A model generated the notes under the pieces. That model saw only the letters and a list, made by a program, of their open reading frames with translations, was not told the origin of the DNA and searched no databases. Position numbers and translations under genes: made by a program. 64,000 bases of DNA from Octopus sinensis (lineage: Eukaryota), in assembly GCF_006345805.1 (NCBI RefSeq), contig NC_042999.1, positions 165,230,001 to 165,294,000 on the forward strand, given 5' to 3'. Positions 36,227 to 51,185 of this stretch are shown one piece after another; the stretch's first letter is position 1, and every line of letters starts with the position of its first letter.

Positions 36227-39200
36227 TATCATGTTCGTCCGTCGAAGTGACATGGAACTTCGAGTTAGTCTTATTTAATGACTGATGACTTGAGCGGTGA
36301 CTTCCTTTAAAGTGAGGAGTTGTGCACCATCAACCTAACTCTCTCGTAAGTGATCATCTTCAATACAGTGACAAGACAATATCAAGAAGAATGTGAATGG
36401 AGATGGATGCAGTGAATGACCAAGATGCCTTACTTGCCTCTCTTTGACTGGTGAATCGGGTTCATTAGTCATCGTTGTCATCGCTGTTATTCTTGATTAA
36501 TACAAGATCGTCTTTGATAAGCAGGACTATGACTATCACTAAACGCATTGCAATCGTGACCATCCCATCTATTTAGGTATAAAACGGACCACATTATCTA
36601 ATATGACATATCCTTACTTAAGATCGGATGGTGCTTATTGAGGAAGATTTGGCAGCTATTTCAAGTAGATCGAGTGGTCAAGAGCAGGCACTCTCTTAGG
36701 TTGAAAAATACTGTTGCACTTTCTTACAGCAGATGCAGGGGGATGATTCTTTTTATTACCGTCATTATATTAGCGAATATCAAATGTAAGCGGGTTGGTA
36801 GAATCGTTAGAGGATTGGTAAAATGCCTTGTGATATTTTCTTCTGGTGCATTGCATTCTGTGTTCCCTTTCTTTGTCCCCTTTCTTAACTTCCAATACTT
36901 GGTTATGAATTCTTGGAGGAGCAAGGCTAAAAAGGGAGAGGGGTTAGTCGATTAAATCGGCAGCGGTTCTTGACTGGCATTTTATTTCTATTGATTGGAT
37001 GAAGGACAAAGTTAACCTTAGTGATGTTTGAACTGAAAGTGTAAAGAGCCGGACAAATACTAAAAGGCATTTTATCCGACGCTCTTAATGATGGTGTTTT
37101 GCTATTAAAAATATTTAGACCTAAACAGATATGTAATGCCTGACCACAAAAACGGATATTAAATGTCTCTAAATGTTAAGGTTTTACAAAACAGAAAATT
37201 TGAGGACAGCAGGCGTACAAGTGATTCCTTCGGTGTGAGTGCGTTGTCCACTCGTATAAAGAGCCAACCGTCAACCGTGAACGAGTATGGCTTGGTAACA
37301 TACAGTGATATCATGCATTCGCTAATTGTTTTAGCTGAGTATGTAGTTGCGAGCAGACACTGTCTCCCTCTCGACTATCCAACTCTTTAACCCAACAGGG
37401 TACAAGTAGCATATGAAATAACATTTATTGAATTAATAGCATTTGTTGAACCTTAAGATCAGTGAAATTCAAAGTAAGACAACAAATATAAAAAAAGTTA
37501 ATTTGCTTCACTGAGTTTGTTGTTTTGTTTTGTTTTGCTTTTTGTCGCTTAACCTTAGGTCAGTCTGAATCGATCAGATCATTGATCAAAGGATCCTAAT
37601 CATGATTATCTGTCATATTTTGTATCAAGGACTACATTATCTAATGCATCTTCTTTTAAAGATTATCCGATATGATTTGAGGAAAACTATACATGCTGTT
37701 TCTAGCAAATCGAGTGACTTCATACAGCACCTCTTCCCTGTTGTTGTTTTTTGTGACATTTTGTTTTGTTTTGTTTTCCCAGGAAGTTAATGCTGCTTAA
37801 TGTTTTATGAGATTTTGTAAAGCTTTTTCAGTGTTCATCTTCAGTTTGACATTTCAACTTGACACTTCTGTTGATAAGGACAGTGTAATAACTTGAAGTG
37901 TAATATAACTGACACTTAGTCACCTTAATGAGTTGTAAGAAAGCTGTATTGTATGAAAGAATGGTGGAAAAAATGTTCTTACATAACAGAGATTAGGGAG
38001 AGAACGATGGCGTATCAAGACCATATGAGAGAGCATAAGATTAAATGTCACGCGGAATGTAATTCCATTCCTTTATATTTAAAGCTTAAAATTCGACATG
38101 AATGACTTTACCTTTTATCTCTGGAGAATCACTTAAATAAATATCGGCATTTAATTAACTATTTCAGAGCTATATTTTCTGAATATATTGTAAATCGACT
38201 CTAAGAAATACACACAAGCAAAGCTAAATGTAATTAATCATGAAAGTGAAAATTTCTACGAATATCTGAGATATATTTTAAGATACAGATAGCGATTTCT
38301 TCGGCATATTTAATTAGTCTTTGAAATTATGCTAAGAGTCTTTATAATTATTAAGATAAGTTTATAAGAATAACGGACAAGATTTAAACAGATTTAATCA
38401 AAAGGATTCGAATCCCTAAGGAAATTTGAAACACTTATTACAGACTTTTCTGTCTCCGATTAATCATTTTTCTGCACCAAACAATACTTTCTGTGTAAGA
38501 GACGAATATAATGAACGGTCTAGAAGACAAGAAATCGGCAGATAGCTAAAACCAGTTTCTATTCGCGAATGGGACCATTTCATTCCCATAACTAACGTGA
38601 AGTGATAGAAATGATTACAATATCCATTCCCCTCCATTGAAACCAATAAAGCTAATTGGCATTTAATCGATAATGATGTGTCTATGCTATAATACATAAG
38701 TTACAGGGGGGAAACTGCGGCCCACAAGATTTTCTGAATGGTAGCCTAGTGAAAAAATTATCTTATATATTTGGTAGTGTGGCCTGCCTGATGATGAACC
38801 ATGTCTCATGAGGCCCACTTCTTGAAAAAGGTTATCCATACCTGTAATTATAGGTACAAAAATTATAAGTGTTCTTTGTTGTTGATTAGTTCTACACCTG
38901 CCCCGAGCGATAAAACTTCTTATCAAAACCGTTATAAACATCTTTGAACCCAGACTACATTATTATTCCGTTTTAAATACGATTGAGTGTGATAGGAAGG
39001 AGATTTGGCTGCTATTTCCACTAATTTTTTTTTATTGGCTCGAGACATTCGGTGCTTCTTTTGTGTGTGTGATTAAACTAAGATATGGATCTGCTAGCAT
39101 TTTAAAGAATAATCGTAAAGATAGGGCACATTGAAACTGCTTTTCAATTTATATTTCACTTATACACTAGATATATTCCACTTTAGAAAAATATGAACGT

Positions 39201-41976
39201 CTCAATTTTGCTCGTGATTCTTTTAAAACAATATTTAAAATTAACTCTTCATCTTTGCTTTTAGGCCTGACGTGGTTTTATATACTTTATCTGTTATGCA
39301 TTTGGATTCTGGAGACTCATTTTTGTTTCTCATGCATAGTTTTAGGTAAACATTGTCTCAAAACAACCAATTTTTTTCCTTCGCGTTACTTTATATTCCA
39401 CTATTTACAGTGATATAGAACGAATTACACATTTTGTGTTATAGATTCCGAAGGTTTACTTTGGAGTGAGATCAAAATTACAAGCGAAGATTTTTTTTTT
39501 TTTTGCTGTTGCTGTTGTTTAGCCTCGAAGTCAGCTCTGATTGAACAAGCTTAGATTCAAGGGGAATGCCATTTACCGTCCCATCGTTTATTCTGATGTA
39601 GTGTCTCTATCCAATGTATCCTGGAGGAAGTAAATGGCTATAGATTAGGTTGCTATTTCTAGCAGATGGCGCATCGGAGTTGAAGCTTCTTCGCTAGCTC
39701 ATACGAGAGAAGTCATTGGATGAGGTGGAAACAAAGGGTAAAAAGGAAGTCAGATTATTACATGTTCGCTACTATGAAGTCATGTATGTGTTCATATGAA
39801 GTAGCAATGTCATTGATGACACGAAAGTTTCAAGACAAAATACTAAATAAAGTATGATGAAGGTCTTGCTGATCACATCTGTTATTATAACAGTTTAAAA
39901 TTTGGGCACAAGGTCAGCACTTTTAAGGAAGGTGCAAGTTAATTTCATCGACCCCACTGCGCAACTGATACTTATTTTAATGACCCCGTAACGATGAAAG
40001 GTAGAGTTGAGTGCGATAGAATTTGAACTCAGAATGTAATGAATCTGAAGAAATACCGCAAAACATTTTTCACGATGTGTTGACACCCTGTCAGCTCAAC
40101 ATCTTCCCTTCTATTGCTATAAGGCATTATAATATTCGAATATTTTAACTCCTTCATCAACAATTATTTGTGTTTCAAAGTCATAAAAAAAACAGTAAAT
40201 ATACATCAAATTTCGTGCAGTTTGACGTTCAGTTCCATTATTGCTAAAGTAACGGAATATTTACCAGACTAGCGAATAAATATTCTAACAGGTGTCCAGT
40301 ATCGCATTGGCAAACAAATTCCTGTTTTATTAGCTTAGAATTCGAAAACTATGAAAACAAACTGGTAAATATTTTAATTGATCTTTTGAAAGTCAGTTAA
40401 TATGGCTCGTAATATTTCTCTCACTCATAAATTGTGTTTTTATATTCCATGAAAAAAAAAAGAACTTTCGTCAGCTTCTGAGATTTTAATGTGCTCGTGC
40501 TGGTATATGTTAAATATAAGTATAACGTTTAATAAAAGCAAAATATCAGGTTCATAACTCTGGTCCTTAGGTTCCTTACTTATCTAAGTGTTTTTAAACT
40601 AAGCATAAAGTCACATATTTGGGAAAGAGTTAATTGGTTAAATCAACTCCAGGATTTGACTGGTACTTTGCTTTATTAACCACAAAGGATGAAGGTAATG
40701 CTGGCTTCGATGATATTTGAACTCAGAATACAATGACCCAGAAGAAAATATAACAAGGCGTTTTGTCCGACGCCAATCCGCCACTATTTGATCATGACGC
40801 TAATAAAAAGAATCATTCTCCTACATCTGTAAGAAAGTGCAACAGTATTTTTCAACCTAAGAGAGAGCCTGCACTTTATCAGTCAGTCTACTTGAAATAG
40901 CTGCCAAATCTTCCTCGAGTAACACCATCCGATCTTAAATAAGAATATGCCACATTAGATAATATAGTCAGTTATAGACCAAAACAGATGGAATGGTCAC
41001 GATTGCAATGCGTTTAACCATAGTCATAGTTCTGGCTATCAAAGACGATCCTGTATTAAACAACAACAAGAGCGACAACAATGATGACGACGATAATCAT
41101 CCCCACCCCCACCACACTGTTATAACAAATCGAGTCCAGAAATGCAGAACATACAATTTCAGTTGCACGAATGTGTAGAATTTTAATTCAATGTTTAACA
41201 CTATGTGCATATTCACAGCTTTGGTATAAACATAGGACTGACGCATTCGTAGTTATCTTTCTATGTCCACCACTCCCTGTTGTCAGTAGAACGTCTGTTT
41301 ATCATCATGGCGTATAATTATAATGATGTCCAGAAAAGACCACTCATAATAGTTGTTGTAACTATCAAGGTTCATACTGTGCTGATATAATAGAAATGTT
41401 AATTGTTCTAAATACTTTACTATCTAGAAACGACAAAAGGTCACCTATAATATCACTCCGGATCACGTTATTGACTGATTATTCTTTCTTCAGCTAATTT
41501 CACATGATTACAATTAGCAAGGGTCTTGTTAACTGCTTAATCATTCATGAACATCGACTAGATGCTGAAAGTTGAGATCACATGCAATACTTAGAGTTCT
41601 TCGAATTGATTAAGATCGCTTGGTCAATGTTGCTAATTTCTCTTAAGCGAATTGAAGGTTTATTTAATAATTCATACGCTCTGACAAATTCCAACCGAGT
41701 TGATGAGAATACTGTGTTGTTCTTCGAAACTCAATTGCAAAGCAAGTGGTAACGTGTCATACTGAAGGAAACAAACGTATAAAAACGTAACCGACTATTG
41801 ATTACTTATCGCTTATGTTTTTTCCCGCATAGCCCTATGTACGAATGCTTTTTTGTTCTATCACACACTATGATTTCCCATTAGGAAAACAATATTGTTT
41901 TCCTATTGCATACGAGGAGATAAGATGTATTATATAATAGGTATGTGTATAAATGCGATACATACATATATATATA

Positions 41977-42350
41977 TATTAGCAGAGATACCCGGCGTTG
42001 CTCGTGTTACATTCAATTGAAGAATTAGAATTTTCTGTTATATTTTCTGTAATGAACTGGAATATCTATGTTTCGAATTTCATCAAAATTGCAGATGAGG
42101 GTTATTCCCGTCTTTACACATAGAAAGAAAATTGTAATCGTGCCACATGTATCCTATATTACTGATTTTTATGCGCATATTCCAAAATTCCAGTCTTATT
42201 GAACCTGTTAAAAGGATTTTGCTCCTGAAAAATGAAGGTCATGGAGCTCTAAAATGTGAGAGTTAAGGCCCCTGTTGTGGGTAGGTATCTTAATGTCAAG
42301 GTATCTTAATGTCAAGAATCTTTTTAACTTGGGTCTTATATCTATTGTTT
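41977..42350 (-). mobile_element. Helitron-like 3' end (extent uncertain)
   Basis: Minus strand GAGCAACGCCGGGTATCTCTG-CTAAT, matching the 5724-5750 end motif. Confidence 0.45.
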
Positions 42351-43906
42351 GAATTTCTTTGAAATAGGAAATATATGTTCACTGGGTTTGTAAAAGAGAG
42401 CAAAGCTACAGGAAACCAAAACACGAATGATCACAATAAGCAGTCAGTAACCTTATCCTAGTCGTTACCACTCCCAGTGTAGGATTCCTCACTATGCAGG
42501 TGACAAGAACAGCCGTAAGATGCATTACAAATCTATAGCAATTGAAAGGGCGTGACCCAACTGAAATAAACATTAACAACTGTGTGACATGAGGGCTAAG
42601 GAGAAATTAAAGTGTCACCTCTGGAGTTTGCAAATGACCACTATACTGATACGTAACTGGACAGAATAAATTTACAATCTATAAATGTCTTTTAATAACC
42701 AGTCACTTACCTGGGAAGGCCTTGAAATCAATGTTGCCATCTGGAGACTATGTGTGACCCAGTGATAATAAAATGACTGAAAGGAGGTCTGCAATCAAAT
42801 AGCTTTACTCAACACTTTGCAACTGAATCAGTGGAGGCAAAGATGCCTCTCATTTACTTGACAATTTATACACCACATTGCAGAAATCACATTGTAAGTG
42901 TATGTCAAAGCAAACTGTTACACTGTTGTACCATTGAATTAGAAATAATGCAAGAGAAATGTGGGAGAACATTATTGGTCATAGCTCCCACTGAAGACTA
43001 GAATTAAATTTGGAATTTAAAGGATGAAGGTAGGAGCGGAAGCTTGCTGATCAAGTCAAGCAAACCGACGGAAATGATATCAGGACAAGACTGACGGGCA
43101 GTGCCGTCAAATGCAATCCCTGAAGTTGGGCCTCTCATTCACATGTGGGGCTCTATAGTCACAGTCTCTGCCAACAAGACAGAATTTCTGGGTCCAGATC
43201 TATGGTCTTACATAACTAGTAGGATGCCTCCTACATACACATACACACACAAACACACACACACACTACTACACACACAAACACACACACACACAAACAC
43301 ACTACTACACACACATACACATACATATGTATCTGTATGTATGTAATCAGTAAATGTGTGTGTTTGTACGCACGAGTGTGTATGTGTGCGTGTATACACA
43401 TATAACTATAAATCACAATATATAACATATACACAACATATAATACACAGTATATAACAATATAGATATTTTTAATTGCTTATTATTTATAAAATGATTT
43501 ATTTAACTAAATAATTGGTTATGATTAAATTGTTGTTTTAATTCTTATTTAATAACTGTAAAACAATTTCCAATGTCAAATCTCATCAGAGAACGTAACC
43601 ACCGCATGAAGAGTTATTTCGGTGCATTTAGCATCGCAATTAACGATTTTTCGTTCAATGATTGGACTAGTGGCACCAATTGAACAGCGAAGGTCAGGTA
43701 GTGTCCAATTTCTCCCTCTTTCTCTCTCCACACGCACATACATACGTACGTACGTACATACATACATACATACATACATACATACATACATACATACATA
43801 CAAACATACATGCATGCATACATACATAAATACGTACATACATAGGTGTATACATACATACACGCAGGCATATATATACATATATATGTATGTATGTATG
43901 TATGTA

Positions 43907-44315
43907 GACGCAAGTGCAGCTGTGTGGTAAGAAGTTTGATTCCCAGCCCCATGGTTCCGGGCTCGCTTCCACCACCTAGCACCTTAAGAAAGTGTCTTCT
44001 ACTAAGGCACGAAGCCAACCAAAGCCTTGTGAGTGGATTGTGTAGACGGGAATTCGAAGAAGCTTGTAGTATTTGTTTGTGTATGTATGTGTGTGTGTGA
44101 GTGTTTCTGTGTTTGTCCCCCACCGCCGCTTGACAGCCGCTGTTGGTGTGTTTACGGCTCCGTAACTTTGCGGTTCGGCAAAATAAACGATGGAATAAGT
44201 ACCAGATTTAAAAAAGAAATAAATAGTGAGGTCGATTAGTTCGACTAAAAATTCCTCAAGGCAGTGCCCCAGCATGGCCGCGGATTGGTGACAGAAACAA
44301 GTAAAAGTTAAAAAG
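43907..44315 (+). mobile_element. tRNA-derived SINE family A, full length
   Basis: Matches the 51251 copy (CATGGTTCCGGG, GTAACTT(T)AGCGGTTCGGCAAAA, CCAGCATGGCCGC). Confidence 0.85.
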
Positions 44316-44464
44316 GAGATAAACTATATAGTCAACAAGGGTACCTGTGTGGTAAGAAGCTTGCTTCGCAACCACATGGTTCCGAGTTCAGCCCTATTGC
44401 CTGACATATTGAGCAAGAGTCTCTTACTATAGCCTCAGGCCGACGGAAATCCGTTGTATATGTA

Positions 44465-45707
44465 CTGGGTTGTCCGGAAAATTCGTGCCAATTTATTGTA
44501 GCTTACCTTTCGACTTATTTTAGAACATGGTTGACCATAAAATAGGATTTCACTACACCTCCATTTAGAGCACAGTTTAAGCTATCTTTTCTTGGAAGAA
44601 GGTTTATGTTCCTATAAGCTGTGTTAATTCTGTAACACTTTAAAATGGAAGATAAGAAAGTTCATTTTCGGCACTTGATGCTTTTCTTTTCACGTAAAAG
44701 AAAAAATACCTCACAAGCAATTAAAGAAATATGCGCAGTTTACGGTGATGTTTCTTTATCCGAAAGAACTGTACGGAAGTGGTTCACAAGGTTCCGAGCT
44801 GGAGATTGTAGCCTTATTGATAAAGAGCGATCAGGCAGACCATCCACTACAGATGATGATCAAATCAAGTCATTAATTGCGAATAACCCACATTGCACAA
44901 CCCGAGAATTGTCAGAAAGCCTCAGCCTATCAAAATCCGTCGTTCATGAACACCTGGTAAAGCTTGGGTACACAAATCACTACAATGTTTGGGTACCACA
45001 TGAGTTGAGTGAGAAGAACCTTTTGGATCGCATTTCCAACTGTGATTCACTTTATAAACGGAATGAAAACGCGCCTTTTTTAAAGCAAATTGTGACAGGT
45101 GATGAGAAATAGATAATCTACCGAGATGTTTAGAGAAAGCGATCCTAGAGTAAGCGACATGAGCCACCTTTAGCCACCCCAAAAGCGGGTCTTCACCCTA
45201 AAAAAGTCTTGCTTTGTGTCTGAGGGAATTGGAAAGGAATCCTGTACTATGAGCTTCTCCTAAGTAACCAGACAATAAATTCTGAGAAATATTGCACACA
45301 ACTGGACGAGTTAAAAGCAGCAATTCAAGAGAAATGTCCAGAATTGGCCAACAGGAAGGGTGTTGTTTTCCAATATGATAATGCAAGACCGCACGTTTCT
45401 TTGGGAACCAGATAAAAATTACTGCAGCTCGGCTCCATATTCACCAGATATTGCGCCTTCAGATTTTCACTTATTCGGGTCTCTGCAGAATAGTCTTAAT
45501 TTCAATTCCTTGGATGACGTAAAAAGATACATTGATGAATTCTTTGCCATGAAACCACCTCAATTCTGAGAAGAGGGTATTTTCAAATTAAAGGAAAGAT
45601 TGTGCAACAAAATGGTTCATATTTGGTTGATTAAAAATGTAATGGCAAATATTTATTGACCTTTTCCTTTCCTTTAAAAATCGGCACGAACTTTCCAGAC
45701 GACCCAG
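44465..45707 (+). mobile_element. Full-length mariner (1243 bp)
   Basis: ~28-bp TIRs (CTGGGTTGTCCGGAAAATTCGTGCC / GGCACGAACTTTCCAGACGACCCAG) with TA TSD. Confidence 0.93.
44645..45620 (+). pseudogene. Mariner DDD transposase with several stops and frameshifts
   Basis: RSGRP, WVPHEL, IVTGDEK*, FQYDNARPH, APYSPDIAPSDFHLF. Confidence 0.93.
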
Positions 45708-46023
45708 TATATATGTATGCATATCTGTGAGTGTGTGTGCCTTTGTGTTTGTGTTTGTCCCCCACCCCATCGCTTGACAAACGGTGTTGGTGTGTTTGCG
45801 TCCCCGTAACTTAGCGGTTCGGCAAAAGGAACTGATAGAATAAGTACCAGGCTTAGAAAATAATCCTGGGGTCGATTCATTCGACGAAAAGTTCAAGGTG
45901 GTACCCCAGCATGGTTCGCAGTCTGAAGACTGAAACAAGTAAAAGAATAAAGAATAAAAGAACAGGTATGTGAATATGAGTCAACGTGGGGGCCAGCAGC
46001 AACAGCAAAACTATGCTCTACAA

Positions 46024-46358
46024 CAGGGGTTCTCAACCATTTTTTTTTTCATCTATTGACCCCTTTGATTACTGCTTTATTCCGGTGCACCCCTGTTGCC
46101 ATTCGATGTTTAAAAACTAGTTTTATAGAAACTTCTTTCAAAATTCCTACTTTGTTTTTCACTCAATTTGTGTAGGTTGAACTATATAAAGCATCAGAAA
46201 AAGAAACCGAGCTGATTCTTGCAATACATACCAATACACACATCTAAAACAAGACTTTTTCAGGGGCTCTTAAATTACTATTGTAGACCCCATATTTACT
46301 ATTTTGTTGCTGTGTGACTTTCCCCCAATCTTGTATCGACCCCGGATGAGAACCACTG
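46024..46358. mobile_element. hAT (Charlie-like) MITE, 335 bp
   Basis: TIRs CAGGGGTTCTCAACC / GGATGAGAACCACTG; 8-bp TSD CTCTACAA / CTCTACAC. Confidence 0.85.
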
Positions 46359-46788
46359 CTCTACACAGTAGAGCATGAAGAGTCGCTCTAAAGCATAGCT
46401 CGACACTACACCGTTGCGCTAACACACACGCGTATAGGTGTCATTCTCGAGAGATCATTCTTAAATAGGTCATCAACTTTATAACTAAGTGATTCTGATA
46501 TTCTTCTACATAGGTCATTGCTTTCTTTATAATTTAATCTTCAGTGGACTTGTATACACCTTTATACATGCCCCAGCCCCATCAATAACCGTCTTGAACT
46601 TTTAAATGACATTTGAAAGCTAGTTCGGATATTTAGACTTATCTAACAAATTCATTTCGGTTACGCAGCTTCTGCATTGGAGGACAGACAAATTGACATC
46701 TCATAACTCATTCATTTATCATCACTTTACTTCTACGTTTCTCTCCACATATGTTATGTATTTGTGTATTTACGCGTGTGCTTATATA

Positions 46789-46827
<39 letters not shown>

Positions 46828-46865
46828 ACATACACACACATACACACACATTTATACATATACAA

Positions 46866-47032
46866 GGGTAGCTGTGTGTTAAGAAGCTCGCTTCTCAACC
46901 ACATGGTTCCGGGTTCAGTCCCACTGTTTGGCACCTTGGGCAAGTGTCGTCTACTATAGCCACGGGCTGAACAAAGCCGTATATGTGGATTTGGAAGACG
47001 GAGACTCAACGAAGCCCGTCGTGTGTGTGTGT

Positions 47033-47066
<34 letters not shown>

Positions 47067-47270
47067 ACTGTCTGTGTTTGTCCCCCATTACCGCTTGACA
47101 ACTAGTTTTAGTGCGTTTACGTCCCTGTAACTTAGCGGTTCAGCCAAACAAAACTTTAGAATAATATTCGGCTACAAAAAATAAGTCCTATTCCATTAAA
47201 ATCTTTCAATGCGGTGCTCCAGCATGGCTCAGACAAATGACTGAAGCAAGTAAAAGAAAAGATAAAAGAT
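46866..47270 (+). mobile_element. SINE family A
   Basis: Full-length match to the 51251 copy. Partial copies at about 3925, 10030, 13695-14120, 20920, 21395, 30360, 31975, 32255, 33655 and 48555. Confidence 0.85.
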
Positions 47271-47745
47271 ACACGGGAATCTTTTTCTTTCTTCCGGTTC
47301 TTGTAGACTTCTTGTGTTCGAATTAGAATTCTGCTTTGGTTGTTGGCGCAGTTACATATTTGGCTGTTGTTGTTGTTGTTTTGGTGGTGGTGGTGGTGGT
47401 GGTGGTGGTGGTAATTTCACTGCCACGCCATCGTACCTTCCGGCCTCTCAGCTTGCAGCGACCCTTTTGTTTTTACTCTTAACTCTTCTTTCCCGCTCTC
47501 TCACAGAAACCTTCTTTCACAGACCTTTCGCAAAAGACTGAGGAAGTGAGATATGCTTTGCGCCTGTATGTGTGTCTGCTTGAGTTTGAAGAGGGGGCGC
47601 TACTGGGATACACTTTTAGTTATAGTGGGGAGTTCTACAGTCTTGGAGCTCCTGTTGTTGTTGTTGTTGTTGTTCTTATTCTTATTCTTCTTCTCCTCCT
47701 TCTCCTTCTTCTCCTTCTCCTTCTTCTTATTTTTCTTCCTTTTCT

Positions 47746-47777
<32 letters not shown>

Positions 47778-49340
47778 TTCTTCTTCTTCTTCTTCTCTTC
47801 TTCTTCTTCTTGTTTGTGCTGCTGCTACTCTGACTGTTGTTTCTAGCGATGTTGCTCTCATTGCTTTTACTTCGGTTGCTATTTTAGCTGCTGTTGGTGT
47901 TGCAGCTGCCGTTGTGTTTAGAGGAATCGACTTAAAGACCCCACAGTACCATCTTACCTTGGTTTGTAGCCCTGGCATCAAGCATCATTCCGGGTTTTTA
48001 CCCTGCATCATTGCTTCTAACCTAATATAACAGTGGTTGCCCTCACCGGCCTGCTGCTGCAAACTTCGAAGTTATGGTAACTTTTTCCTTTCATATCTCA
48101 TTTGTATTAAATGCAAACATCTCATTAACCCCCATCATACATACACACACATACACACACAGTGTAAATATATATACATTATTGAATGACCCTTAACTCC
48201 GTGAGCCCATCCGCCCTTTGACAGGTCTTGTGTCTAATCCTCAGGGTGTCCACAATTTCCATCCTGATCAAGTAATCCTGCTGTGGTTGCCAATTGAATC
48301 GCCAACGATGCAGTCATTCAACAGATTGCACTGTTGTGCTCACAAGTGACCTGCACATTACCTCGTCATATATATCAGTAATAAGGTTTTCACGAGCAGT
48401 CTAACATCTACCTCTTCTACAAAATCAGAGCCAATCTTCGCAATTAGCATCTTACTACTCCCTTCCTCTCTATTCATTTCATCCCGTCGCACCATCATTT
48501 AACCTATTTTGTGGGGTGGGGCGTGTGTATTTGAGATTTTGTGCTTGTTTAGCCTACCCAAAACCACTTGGCAAACGATATTGGCTTGGTTACGTACCCG
48601 TGACTTAGCTGTTCGGTAAAAAATACCGATAGAAAAGTACCCGGTCTATAAAAGTAAGTACTAGAGTCTATTGGTTTGATTAAAACTCTTCTCGGCGGTG
48701 CCCCAGCATGGCCGCAGTCCAATGACTGAAACAAAAAAAAGATAACGATAAATGTGTGGAGAGAAAGTTTCCCAGCAAGGAATTGAAATCGCATCTCCGT
48801 CTCGGTTTGTCGACTTCTTATTTCATATTCCACCGCATACGGCAGTTTTCTAGTCAAAGTCCATTTTTAACGATGATTGCATTGTTAGTAATGAAATAAT
48901 AATAGACTTTCTGACGAAGCCATTAGGAAGAAAGTGCTCGGATAATGTTGAAATATGTTGCAACAGATAAAATAGTAGGTTGGCTTTTTATTTTGAGAAC
49001 ATGACATATCGTTAAAATAATTCAGAAATGCTACAGCTGCCAAAATATCCTAATATATATGTTTCTAAAATAGATTAAAAGATCGATTATCATTTCTGTT
49101 CGCCTGTCACTATGATATTTGATGAACTGGTGCAATATTTCTCTTTATTATAGATCATCCTTCCTTAAAGAAAGCGCTTTGTTATTTTGTTTTCATGAAG
49201 AAATATGTTTGATATTCTTCGTATTGATATAAATCGATGGTGTGTTCGTGCGTGTGTGTGTGTGTGTATGTGTGCGTGCAAGTACTATACATACGCACAC
49301 GTATATATACACACAACACACATATATATATATACACATT

Positions 49341-49385
<45 letters not shown>

Positions 49386-49440
49386 AGACAGAGAGATACA
49401 TACATACATAAATACATGCATACAAACATACACACACACA

Positions 49441-49504
<64 letters not shown>

Positions 49505-49550
49505 ATAGACAGAGAGATACATACATACATAAATACATGCATACAAACAT

Positions 49551-49587
<37 letters not shown>

Positions 49588-49594
49588 ATATATA

Positions 49595-49643
<49 letters not shown>

Positions 49644-49822
49644 ATATATAAATCCATACACTCACACACACACAGATACATACATACGTGCATGTACATA
49701 CATGCATATATCTTTTTCTGATCCCGAGATCAGTTTATTACGGCCAGAACGAGTTTATATATCTCCTAACAAGACCCCGGTTTATTACTGCTAATTTATT
49801 GCTATCGCTGAGAAAAGAACCA

Positions 49823-49869
49823 ATGCGACTGTTTTTTGTTTTTGTTCTTTTGTTTATTGTCACATTGAG
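49823..49869 (+). CDS. Candidate signal-peptide first exon (MRLFFVFVLLFIVTL)
   Basis: ATG, basic residue, hydrophobic run, then AG|GTAGGA donor; not linked to downstream exons. Confidence 0.2.
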
Positions 49870-50631
49870 GTAGGAAATAGTCGCAATTCTTCAATAACAG
49901 AAACAAACTAGACTGGTGGAAGCTTGATATGATTAATGTTTTTCTTCAGTGAAATCTATAGCTATTGTAGCTGTTAAGGTAATAATTTGAGGAAATTTGA
50001 TTTCTAAGTTAAAAGGTCGAATGACTACGAAGTAGTTTCCTCTTTAGCTTGGAATGAAACAAGTAGTGCAGTCAAAGAACAGCCTTGGTATGGCCACCGA
50101 TGTTGGATGATTCTTTGCTAGTGATATATATATATCTGTGCTTCTTAGTACTTTATGTCTATATGAGATGATCTCTCAAGGCGAACACTGCAGTAATATT
50201 GCGTTCTAACAATACATCCACGTCAGTAATATTGCTTCCGTTGCTAATATTTATTTTTTAAAGTGTCTGGCGATTATTTTCGACATCAATGACTGAACAT
50301 TTACTATTTTTCTAGACATTGTTGGCAGTAGGATTTGGGTGGCATGCTGTGAAAAAACGCTTGCTACTCATGAAGTGCGTGTGCGCTAAACTCACGTGAG
50401 CTGGCAGATCCGCTGCCCATGCTAGACGACTCTAGTCTGCTAACGATGTTACAGTTCTATATTGTAGAGATGAGAGATTATGTACATTATTTACATTAGT
50501 TACATTCGACGGATACTTGTCCTCTTCTTGTTTGTTGTTAACACAACTCTTCGGCTGATATACCCTCCAGCCTTCTTCAGGTATCTTGGGGAAATTTCCT
50601 AAGGTATTTTTCTTCTTATTATTATTATTGA

Positions 50632-51185
50632 GTGAGAGAGCAGTTCATGCCATCAAAGTGACACTGGGGTAAAATATACGAAGCCCAATATACCCATCAT
50701 GACTACCCGTCTGATAAAGGTACACCAGGCACATGCATCACAACCATATGTGCGCGACATGGTGATCTCATATCAAGATAAACAGCACATGACCTTGCAG
50801 GTGGGGCCCAGTTAGAATTTTCTTCAGGTTGAGTAGCCCATCCCGCTCAAACGGTCCCTGAATAAGGGTTGTTTAAGGATGTTGAAAGAACCACCCATGT
50901 TTCCAGAGGTGAACTATTCAAACCCCAAAGAATCCCTCTCAACACATGGCTATGATGCTCCCCCACTACTTCTGCTCGTGATCAGAGATGCACATATCGT
51001 CAGCCACTAAGGGACATGCTCAACTGGTTATGGTCAAACAACTGACAAGCAAATCTGTGGTATTGAGCAGAATATTTGCTGTAGCCCATCTTTTATACCA
51101 AGACAAAACAATGTACATGATAACACTTCCAATCAGTTAAGATCAGAAGCCATGAGAGCCACTGCCTGGTACTGCATCAGGGCAT
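50632..51185 (-). mobile_element. Unclassified ~550-bp interspersed repeat inserted in (TAA)n
   Basis: Flanked by TTA repeats on both sides; a partial second copy lies at about 61790-61945. Confidence 0.7.

Larger units (their letters stand above)
44337..45962 (+). mobile_element. SINE family A split by a mariner
   Basis: 5' half at 44337-44464 and 3' half at 45708-45962. Confidence 0.85.
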
